Origin: an uncultured bacterium
GTDB taxonomy: Bacteria > Margulisbacteria > WOR-1 > CAVSGV01
Reading direction: 5' to 3'
Length of the DNA stretch: 32,000 bases
Assembly: GCA_963699255.1 (NCBI GenBank)
Contig: OY969425.1
Span: 1,290,001 to 1,322,000, forward strand
The notes below the pieces were generated by a model that saw only the letters and a list, made by a program, of their open reading frames with translations, did no database searches and had not been told where the DNA came from. This document shows positions 24,924 to 32,000 of this stretch, piece by piece. The position numbers and the translations under genes were made by a program. Every line of letters begins with the position of its first letter. The stretch's first letter is position 1.

Positions 24924-24950
24924 GGACCCGCGAATTTATTTGCAGGTTCC
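24924..24950 (+). repeat. REP-like hairpin H6
   Basis: GGACCCGCGAATTTATTTGCAGGTTCC: same bulged-A CAGG architecture, between metallopeptidase stop and miaA. Confidence 0.6.
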
Positions 24951-24959
24951 TCAGTTTAC

Positions 24960-25883
24960 ATGAATAATCCTCACAGGCTCCTCATTATCATCGGGCCGAC
25001 GGCCGTCGGCAAGTCAAAACTGGCGATAGAGCTCGCGAAAAAACTCGACGGCGAGGTGATCTCCGCCGATTCCATGCAGGTCTATTTCGGAATGGACATA
25101 GGCACGGCCAAGCCGTCAAAAGAAGAACTTGAAGATGTCCCCCACCATTTGATCAACATCATCCCGCCGGATAAGAACTGGAGCGTCTCCGATTTCGTTT
25201 CGAACGCCAAGAATATCATCAAGGATATCGTCAAAAGGGACAAGCTCCCGATCGTTGTCGGCGGAACCGGTTTATATTTGAACGCCCTGATCGCGGGATA
25301 TTCTTTTCCAGTCATCGAGGCCAACAAAGATATAAGGGAAAGGCTTGAAGGAGAGGCGAAAGCGTTTGGGAGCGTCCATTTATACGAAAAGCTCAAGAAG
25401 GCGGATCCGGATGCGGCATCAAAGATACACTTCAACGATCTTAAGCGCATCATAAGGGCGCTTGAGGTTTTTGAAATTACCGGAAAGCCGATGTCTCTGC
25501 TTCAGTCAAAAGATGAGGAAAATCTGCCTTACGAAACGGTGATCGTTGGCCTTGATATGGAAAGAAAAAAGTTATATGAGAGGATCGAAAAAAGGGTTGA
25601 CCAGATGCTTAAGGCCGGGCTTATCGACGAGGTGAAAAAGCTTATAGGCGAAGGCTACGACAGAAATCTGACGTCGATGCAGGCAATAGGATACAAGGAA
25701 GTTGCCGAGCATCTTCACGGAAAATACACACATGATGAACTGGTCAATATCCTTAAGCAGAATACCCGTAACTTTGCCAAGCGCCAGATGACATGGTTCA
25801 GACGATTTAAGAATGTGAACTGGTTTGACGTTGAAAACCTGAACTCCGGTGATATCATTAAGCTGATTGAACAGGAGGGATAA
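24960..25883 (+). CDS. miaA: tRNA dimethylallyltransferase
   Basis: IIGPTAVGKSKLAIELAKKLDGEVISADSMQVYFGMDIGTAKP, GGTGLYLNALIAG, GLDMERKKLYERIEKRVDQML, AIGYKEVAEHL. Confidence 0.97.
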   Translation: MNNPHRLLIIIGPTAVGKSKLAIELAKKLDGEVISADSMQVYFGMDIGTAKPSKEELEDVPHHLINIIPPDKNWSVSDFVSNAKNIIKDIVKRDKLPIVVGGTGLYLNALIAGYSFPVIEANKDIRERLEGEAKAFGSVHLYEKLKKADPDAASKIHFNDLKRIIRALEVFEITGKPMSLLQSKDEENLPYETVIVGLDMERKKLYERIEKRVDQMLKAGLIDEVKKLIGEGYDRNLTSMQAIGYKEVAEHLHGKYTHDELVNILKQNTRNFAKRQMTWFRRFKNVNWFDVENLNSGDIIKLIEQEG

Positions 25884-25885
25884 TT

Positions 25886-26071
25886 ATGCCGCTGGTAAAG
25901 ATCGAGATGTGGGCCGGACGATCGGCAGAGCAGAAAGAAAAGATCATCCAGAACGTTACTAAAGCTGTTTGCGATTCCGTTGGCTGCCCTAAGGAAGCCG
26001 TATGGGTGGTAATAGAGGATGTTCCTAAAGAGAACTGGGGAATGAACGGGGAGCAGTGTTCTAAAAAGTAG
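25886..26071 (+). CDS. 4-oxalocrotonate tautomerase family protein
   Basis: Pro1 after Met; MPLVKIEMWAGRSAEQKEKIIQNVTKAVCDSVGCPKEAVWVVIEDVPKENWG. Confidence 0.88.
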   Translation: MPLVKIEMWAGRSAEQKEKIIQNVTKAVCDSVGCPKEAVWVVIEDVPKENWGMNGEQCSKK

Positions 26072-26108
26072 TCTGTGGGATTGGGATGTGTTGTGTGTTT
26101 GGTCGTTG

Positions 26109-26181
26109 GGATGAGGATGAGGATTCTAATTCTAACCCTAATTCCAATCCTTTATCCTATACTCACGTCTCATCCTCATCC
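26109..26181. repeat. Inverted quasi-repeat between tautomerase and rlmD 3' ends
   Basis: GGATGAGGATGAG (26109-26121) / CTCATCCTCATCC (26169-26181), perfect 13 bp; right arm contains the rlmD stop codon. Confidence 0.75.
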
Positions 26182-27567
26182 TTTAACTATCTTTGTTACT
26201 GACTCTATATGAAAACTGTGCGGGAACATATCCACCGGCTGAACTTCGACGATATTAAAGCCATTGCCCGATAGATAAGAGAGATCGCGCGCAAGCGTGG
26301 ATGGATTGCAGGAAATATAGATTATCTTCCTGAAATTCGACTTCGCGATGGTCTTGAGGACCTTCTCCTCGCATCCTCCTCTCGGCGGATCAAGGATAAG
26401 TATGTCCCCTTCTTTAAGGTCCGGCAGTATCCTCTCGACTTTTCCGATATTGAACCTGCAGTTCTCTATCTTGTTAAGTTCAGCGTTCACCGACGCGTCA
26501 TATACCGCCTGCTTCACCTCTTCTATCCCGTAAACGTACTGGACATGCTCCGCGAACCACAGGGCGACCGTTCCGATGCCCGAGTAAGCGTCGATGACAG
26601 TGTCTCTGCCGGACAGCTGGGCGAATTCAAGCGCCTTGTTGTACAGGACCTCTGTTTGGATCGGATTTGTCTGGTAAAATGAATCGTTCGAAACCTTGAA
26701 TTTTAAGTCTCCCATCTTATCATAGATGAAATCCCTGCCCCATAATATCCAGCTTTTTTCGCCGAGGATCACATTGGTCTGCCTCGGATTCAGGTTCTGG
26801 CATATCCCGACCACATTGATGCCATCTCTCCTGCAGTGATCGAGAACTTCTTTGACCAGAGCCTTGGAACCTGGGATCCCTTTCTCGTTGGTAATGAAGG
26901 TCAGCAGGACTTCTCCCGTACCAAATCCCACCCGGGCCCTGAGATGCCTGAACAGGCCTCTCGCCCTGTCTTCGCTGTAAGCCGAGTAGCCGGATTTGTT
27001 CAACGCATCCTTAACGATCTTCGCCGCCCTTGATAACTTCGGATGTTCAATGGGACATGTATTGATATCAACGATATCATGCGTCCCCTGCCTGTAGTAT
27101 CCCATTTCGAGCTTTGTATCTTTCGCCCCACGCTCGCCCCGCACGGAGTTGCGGGGTCTCGCATCTCCGATCGGATATTGGATTTTATTCCTGAATCCCC
27201 ATGGATCCTTCATGCCGATAATATCGTCCACTCTTACCTGTTTAAGATGCCCAAGCCGTTCAAGCGTATCTTTGACGATCTTCGTCTTGAACCTCAACTG
27301 CGCGGGATAGCTGATATTCTGCCACTGGCATCCTCCGCACTCGCGGGCCAGCGGGCATTTCAAAGCGACCCTGTCCGGTGACGGTTTGATCACGTCGACA
27401 ATTTTTCCCCTGGCAAAATTCCTCTTTATGTCAAAAAGCTTGACCTTTAGCTCATCGCCGGGGACTGAATCGGGGACAAAGACCGCAAGGCCGCCGGACC
27501 TGCCAACCCCTTCCCCGCCCATGGCAAGGTCGTCGATCCTCAGATTCACAGTTTCGTTTAATTTCAT
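26176..27567 (-). CDS. rlmD: 23S rRNA m5U methyltransferase, RlmD/RumA (TrmA) family
   Basis: TRAM-like N-terminus, Fe-S CPLARECGGCQWQNI, FYQTNPIQTEVLYNKAL, DAYSGIGTVALWFA, LDPPRGGCEEKVL, ISCNPSTLARDL. Confidence 0.92.
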   Translation of the reverse strand: MKLNETVNLRIDDLAMGGEGVGRSGGLAVFVPDSVPGDELKVKLFDIKRNFARGKIVDVIKPSPDRVALKCPLARECGGCQWQNISYPAQLRFKTKIVKDTLERLGHLKQVRVDDIIGMKDPWGFRNKIQYPIGDARPRNSVRGERGAKDTKLEMGYYRQGTHDIVDINTCPIEHPKLSRAAKIVKDALNKSGYSAYSEDRARGLFRHLRARVGFGTGEVLLTFITNEKGIPGSKALVKEVLDHCRRDGINVVGICQNLNPRQTNVILGEKSWILWGRDFIYDKMGDLKFKVSNDSFYQTNPIQTEVLYNKALEFAQLSGRDTVIDAYSGIGTVALWFAEHVQYVYGIEEVKQAVYDASVNAELNKIENCRFNIGKVERILPDLKEGDILILDPPRGGCEEKVLKTIAKSNFRKIIYISCNPSTLARDLSYLSGNGFNIVEVQPVDMFPHSFHIESVTKIVKG

Positions 27568-27693
27568 ATCAATATACTCATCATGATCATGTTGTTATTA
27601 TACTGCTCAAAATATCCAATAAAAATGAAATTTTTATTGATATACCACGATAATAAGCTGTCGTGATCTCATACTATAAGGAGAATGATACTA

Positions 27694-28440
27694 ATGCCGA
27701 AAATAACATGGAAAACAGTCAATATCGATCTGAAGCTTAATGGAGCAATAAGAAAAGTATACCCGAAAAACAAGGGATACACGATAGAATGGGATATGAG
27801 GAATCTACGGAAAGGCGCAACAAAAATGTTCGCTGACCTGAGAACCCTTAACAATGAACAGCTTGTGGTCCCAAAAGACGAAACAAGGGACTTTACGCCT
27901 CGAGAACTCTACGCCGGCAAAGATTTTATAAAGAGTGTGATCAATGGTCGGGGAAGTTGCGGCACTGAATGGACCCTTAAGATGGAAATGGAAAAGGATG
28001 CTCTCGCGATTAGCCATGTTCGATATCACTGGTTTAGCGGTGGCGACCACACAATAAATCACATATTAAAGATCTCCAAAACGTCAGTGTTTTCATCGTT
28101 TAGTCAGGATGGTGAAAGCATGGGCGGCCCAATATACGGCGGCATATCCAATGATCCGAAGTGCGAGAATGCAATTGCCAACCCGTTAAGAAAAATAATA
28201 TTCCGGAAAATTGATCGAGGGTGGGGAAAAGAAAATTGGAGTTTCTGGCTGATTGCCAATCCCGAAGCATACAAGGTAATAAAAAATGCGACTAAAGACA
28301 TGGCCTTTATTAAGGTAGCTCACATAGAAGATGAGCGTGACATAACCAAAGTACCAAATCATGCTTTGCGGTTAACATTAAGGCTTATTGACAAAGTAGA
28401 GAAAAAGAAAGAGGAAATTGATTGGATCAATTGGGACTGA
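27694..28440 (+). CDS. Hypothetical protein (about 248 aa)
   Basis: Intact ORF with AAGGAG 10 nt upstream of ATG 27694. No family recognised. Confidence 0.7.
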   Translation: MPKITWKTVNIDLKLNGAIRKVYPKNKGYTIEWDMRNLRKGATKMFADLRTLNNEQLVVPKDETRDFTPRELYAGKDFIKSVINGRGSCGTEWTLKMEMEKDALAISHVRYHWFSGGDHTINHILKISKTSVFSSFSQDGESMGGPIYGGISNDPKCENAIANPLRKIIFRKIDRGWGKENWSFWLIANPEAYKVIKNATKDMAFIKVAHIEDERDITKVPNHALRLTLRLIDKVEKKKEEIDWINWD

Positions 28441-28465
28441 TCATACTTGCCCGTCAATAATTGAG

Positions 28466-29167
28466 ATGTTATCATTCGCCTGCATGGCAAAAGACTTGGG
28501 TAAAAGGATCGACTTCCATATCCATTCGATATTAAGCGACGGAATGCTCCTTCCCGCCGCCATGGCGAGGGAAGCCGAGGTCAAAGGCATTTCTGCCATC
28601 GCGATAACCGACCACGTGGATGCGTCAAACCTGGAGGAAGTGCTTGCCGCCCTTACGAAATTCGTCAAAAAGCAGGGGAAAACGCTGCCTATTCAGGTCC
28701 TTCCAGGTGTTGAGCTGAGCTATCTCAGACCGGACCTTATTAAGAATTATGCCAGGCAGTCGCGCAAGCTGGGCGCAAAGGTCGTTATTGTCCATGGCCA
28801 ATCCCCGGTTGAGCCGGTGATCCCGGGAACTAATCTCGAATCGGTCAAGCTCAAAAGTCTCGTTGATATCCTGGCCCATCCGGGAAACACCCTCACCGAA
28901 GAAGAAGCAAGTCTGGCAAAAGAGAACGGCATTTTCCTGGAACTCTCGACCCGCAGAGGACATAAGGAAGGCAACAGGCATGTGGCTCAGATGGCAAAGA
29001 AAACCGGCGCGAAGCTCCTCGTCAATACCGATTCGCATACCGAAACCGACCTGATAACTCAGGAACAGGCTTATCAGGTCGCCCTGGATGCCGGACTAAG
29101 CGAAGAAGAAGCGATTAAAGTCATCAGGGATAATCCAAAGGAACTTCTGGCCAGGATGAAATTTTGA
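28466..29167 (+). CDS. PHP-domain phosphoesterase/phosphatase
   Basis: RIDFHIHSILSDGMLLPAAMAREAEVKGISAIAITDHVDASN, VLPGVELSY, LVDILAHPGNTL, LLVNTDSHTETD. Confidence 0.88.
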   Translation: MLSFACMAKDLGKRIDFHIHSILSDGMLLPAAMAREAEVKGISAIAITDHVDASNLEEVLAALTKFVKKQGKTLPIQVLPGVELSYLRPDLIKNYARQSRKLGAKVVIVHGQSPVEPVIPGTNLESVKLKSLVDILAHPGNTLTEEEASLAKENGIFLELSTRRGHKEGNRHVAQMAKKTGAKLLVNTDSHTETDLITQEQAYQVALDAGLSEEEAIKVIRDNPKELLARMKF

Positions 29168-29222
29168 TCAATTTGGTTCGATAATATATAGGAAGATTAA
29201 ATTCGCCTGAAGGAGATTTTAT

Positions 29223-29519
29223 ATGCCGGTAGATGGACTCTCATCGAGTGATTTCAAGTTAAAGACTATATACCCATCAAAAGGTACAAGTGAACAAGAA
29301 TCACCGACAGAGTTTGTAATTGTAAAGAAAAATGATACATTATGGAATATCGTAAAAACCATATATGGGGGTTCCCAAAAACAAATTAAGGAGACAGTAA
29401 AAGTAATAGGAGAAAACAATAATATTGATCCTGATAAGATATTTCCGAGGCAAAAAATTAAATTGCTCAGCGATAATCAATTTGCAACGATATATCCGGA
29501 TTTAATTGATGTGGATTGA
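29223..29519 (+). CDS. Small LysM-domain protein
   Basis: EFVIVKKNDTLWNIVKTIYGGSQKQIKETVKVIGENNNIDPDKIFPRQKIKLL matches LysM. Confidence 0.8.
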   Translation: MPVDGLSSSDFKLKTIYPSKGTSEQESPTEFVIVKKNDTLWNIVKTIYGGSQKQIKETVKVIGENNNIDPDKIFPRQKIKLLSDNQFATIYPDLIDVD

Positions 29520-29550
29520 CGAATTGTCCCTCAGGGATTTGCCGTACTAT

Positions 29551-30843
29551 TCATTTTGAAAGGGACGTGTCACAAGGTTTCTCCGACAGCGGATAATAGA
29601 TCATTATCCAGAACGCCAGGGCCAGCGCTACGATAGGAAGCCCCGCCGCAAGAATTCTCAGACCGAGTAAAAATGCTTTGGTCTGGGTAAATATAACAGG
29701 ATTATACTTCGTGAAGTTGAAAATGAACCCGATACTTACGGCTTCGAGAGCTATCGCAAATCTGCATATGAACGCGTTCATGCCAAAATACATGCCCTCC
29801 CGCCTCACTCCCGTTTTCGTTTCGTCATAATCGATCACGTCCGAGATCAGGACATCTGACAAAAGTATTATGCCGGCAAGTCCGATCCCGAGAAATCCCG
29901 AGGAGATTATCGCGGAACCTATGCTCGAAATGAAAAGGAAAGGAACAAGCGCGAATAATAACATCAATATCGAGCACAGGTATGTGGCTTTTGCACCGTA
30001 CCTGACGGAAAGGGCCCTCCATACGAACATCATGAACATAGCGACCGCGAACGCGGAGAACAGGACCAGTGAAGTTTCAACCGCTCCTGCTCCAAGCACA
30101 TATTTCGCATAAAAAGGGATGATCGCAAGGACCATCGTAAAAGCATACTGGACGAGAAGGTTCGAGAAAACAAAAGTGACGAACGGGATATTCCTGAAAG
30201 TCGCGGAAAGGGCTGCTGACAATGGGAGCGGATTTGCGGTCATGTACTTTCTTGTTTCCCTGCTCCCTATCAGGGAAATGAAGCAGGTGAGCGTGATCAC
30301 GGCCCCAAAGATCGCACCCATTTTTGCCCATCCGATGGTGCTGTAGATCAAAGGCGGAAGTGCGATGCCTATGACCAGACCGATCATTCCCAGTGTCTGC
30401 CTGTATGAATTGACCTGCGCCCGCTCAGCCAGGCTCGGATACATTTCGGGATAAAGGGACGCCCAGTTAAGCACTACCACGGAATACAGGCCGTCGAATA
30501 AACAGATAACGATAAGGAAGTAAAAGAACAGGGCCATCATGCTGGAAGATCTAAACGGAGAGAACCATAACAGAAAATAAGCCGCGCCAAAAGGTATCGC
30601 TCCGAAAAATATGTAAGGGATGCGCCTGCCCCACCTTGTCCGCGTTGAATCCGAAATAAATCCGGCGATCGGGTCGTTCAGGGCGTTCCAGATGCCGTAT
30701 ATAAGCATGGCTGTGGCCGCGAGGCGCGCTTCAAGCCTTAGCACATCAACATAAAAGAACACGATGTAAGTGGAAAATGCCTGATAAGAAAGAGCGGTGG
30801 CGACCGCCCCGAAGCTGTAGCAGATCTTTTTTAGCTTGTTCAC
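29551..30843 (-). CDS. GPH-type MFS sugar/cation symporter
   Basis: IYGIWNALNDPIAGFISDSTRTRWGRRIPYIFFGAIPFG and DVIDYDETKTGVRREGMYFGMNAFICR are hallmarks of the GPH family. Confidence 0.88.
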   Translation of the reverse strand: MNKLKKICYSFGAVATALSYQAFSTYIVFFYVDVLRLEARLAATAMLIYGIWNALNDPIAGFISDSTRTRWGRRIPYIFFGAIPFGAAYFLLWFSPFRSSSMMALFFYFLIVICLFDGLYSVVVLNWASLYPEMYPSLAERAQVNSYRQTLGMIGLVIGIALPPLIYSTIGWAKMGAIFGAVITLTCFISLIGSRETRKYMTANPLPLSAALSATFRNIPFVTFVFSNLLVQYAFTMVLAIIPFYAKYVLGAGAVETSLVLFSAFAVAMFMMFVWRALSVRYGAKATYLCSILMLLFALVPFLFISSIGSAIISSGFLGIGLAGIILLSDVLISDVIDYDETKTGVRREGMYFGMNAFICRFAIALEAVSIGFIFNFTKYNPVIFTQTKAFLLGLRILAAGLPIVALALAFWIMIYYPLSEKPCDTSLSK

Positions 30844-32000
30844 TTGATCACGAATCTCTTGCGTTCTTCGAATTCCCTGCGTTTTCCGGGGTTCCAGTTC
30901 GATGTCCTTGTGAAGTATCCAACGATCCTGTTTATGTAGTCAATGATCCTGCCGTTGCACTCTGGACATTTTTTGTGTTTCCCCCAGGAGGTGTGATCGT
31001 TCTCGCAGACGCTGAAATCAGGGGAGAAAGCGAAATAAGCGAGCTTTGTCGCCGCCATTTTCTTGATGAGGGCCTTCATTGAATAGTGGTCAGGCTTGTT
31101 CTCCCCTATCCATATATGGCTTATTACCCCGCCGTTAAAATAGGGATGATACTGCGCTTCTATCATTATCTTGTCGGGAAGCGTCACGTTGGAGTTATAC
31201 GGAACATGAGTGGAGTTAGAGTAATATAGTTCAGCCCCGCCGCCCTGAACGCGGGCTCTTTTCCCAAATTTCCGCCTGTCATTCATAGCAAGCTTGTGCG
31301 TTGCCGATTCTGCAGGCGTCTGCTCAAGGGTATAAACGACATTGTCTTTTTTCGAGTATTCGGCTATTTTCCCGGACATCCTGGATATTATCTCAAGGCC
31401 TAGCTTTTGTCCCGCATCCGACGATATGCCCTCGCCTATAAGGTTGAGAAGGCATTCGTTCATGCCGATCACACCGAATGTCAGCCTTCTTTCTTTAAAG
31501 TTGTAATAAGGAACGCCGTCCCTTGTCTTCATTTTCAGGAAAGGCAGTATCTTCCATTTGTTCAGGCTCATCCTTAGGATTTCATTGCTTTCTCTCAAGG
31601 CCTGCCGGGTTATAAGCATCGCGCTTTCAAGTTTCCTGAAGAAATCCGTCCTGCCTCGTGATATCAGCGCCAGGTGGGGAAGGTTGATCGTCACGACCTT
31701 GTTCGATCCTGTTCCCAGTCCCCCGGCCATCCACACCCCGCCCGAATGTTCCACAAGAAGCCTGCAGCACATCGCATGCACGTATTTTTCATCAAGGTAA
31801 TCGGTGGTCAGGTTGAAGAAATATGGTGACCCGGTCTTGATCGCCGTCGCAACGGTAGAGTCAAAAAGCGGGTCGTCCCAGTCAAGGTCTTTTGTTATCG
31901 CCGTCGTGATTATCGGGAACGTGAAAGGGGCGCCGCTTCCGTCGCCTTCGCCCATGACCTCCATGAAAGCTTTGTATATCGTCCTTGCTTCCTCCCTGAA
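30840..32000 (-). CDS. nrdD: Anaerobic ribonucleoside-triphosphate reductase, C-terminal part (continues past right edge)
   Basis: Frame open to 32000 (FREEARTIYKAFMEVMGEGDGSGAPFTFPIITTAITKDLDWD). C-terminal SVCENDHTSWGKHKKCPECNG and glycyl-radical region RIVGYFTRTSNWNPGKRREF. Confidence 0.93.
   Translation of the reverse strand, partial: FREEARTIYKAFMEVMGEGDGSGAPFTFPIITTAITKDLDWDDPLFDSTVATAIKTGSPYFFNLTTDYLDEKYVHAMCCRLLVEHSGGVWMAGGLGTGSNKVVTINLPHLALISRGRTDFFRKLESAMLITRQALRESNEILRMSLNKWKILPFLKMKTRDGVPYYNFKERRLTFGVIGMNECLLNLIGEGISSDAGQKLGLEIISRMSGKIAEYSKKDNVVYTLEQTPAESATHKLAMNDRRKFGKRARVQGGGAELYYSNSTHVPYNSNVTLPDKIMIEAQYHPYFNGGVISHIWIGENKPDHYSMKALIKKMAATKLAYFAFSPDFSVCENDHTSWGKHKKCPECNGRIIDYINRIVGYFTRTSNWNPGKRREFEERKRFVIK

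Noticed and set aside
27684-28062. Antisense ORFs over the 27694-28440 gene
   Set aside because: No recognisable domain; minus-strand reading includes AT-rich intergenic translation (61/85 aa).
1-32000. CRISPR array, tRNA/rRNA genes, prophage or known anti-phage system
   Set aside because: No regularly spaced direct repeats, no tRNA-like cloverleaf or conserved rRNA segments, and no phage structural, nuclease-helicase, RT or toxin-antitoxin signatures were recognised. The tandem-looking words are intergenic quasi-repeats without spacer structure.

Overview
This 32 kb window looks like a chromosomal segment from an uncultured Gram-negative-type bacterium; lineage is not assignable by eye. Most of it is housekeeping: pyrC, rnc, the C-terminal half of carB, leuC/leuD-like and NAD-IDH/IPMDH-like genes, miaA, an rlmD/rumA-type methyltransferase, rfbC, nrdD (partial at the right edge), archease and mgtC. 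Accessory genes include a compact lipoprotein-type secretin, a PMT/ArnT-like glycosyltransferase, and a four-gene envelope cluster (lipoprotein, permuted NlpC/P60-like, beta-propeller-like, Lnt-like CN-hydrolase). There is also a nikR / outer-membrane protein / nikM / nikN nickel locus. The strongest less-explained observations are: (1) a family of six REP-like hairpins, consensus GGAACCG-stem-loop-CAGGTTCC with a bulged A, and with compensatory stem changes. Two flank a REP-associated HUH (RAYT/Y1) transposase gene and two bound a 117-bp transposase-less mini-element (REPIN-like). (2) Adjacent genes 9186-9728 and 10 kb-neighbour 9827-10588 share a 5' module (75-nt ungapped block at about 75% identity plus an N-terminal IGSVRD motif) but have unrelated bodies. 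(3) A YchF/Obg-like protein has lost its P-loop lysine and other G motifs. (4) Several unlinked genes have sigma70-like promoters with exactly 9-10 nt between the -10 hexamer and ATG, implying leaderless or near-leaderless mRNAs. (5) Dispersed intergenic purine/pyrimidine quasi-repeats encroach on start and stop codons. (6) One gene at 22620-23179 is split by a -1 frameshift. No CRISPR array, rRNA, tRNA, prophage or known defence system was recognised. All family calls are by eye; no searches were run.
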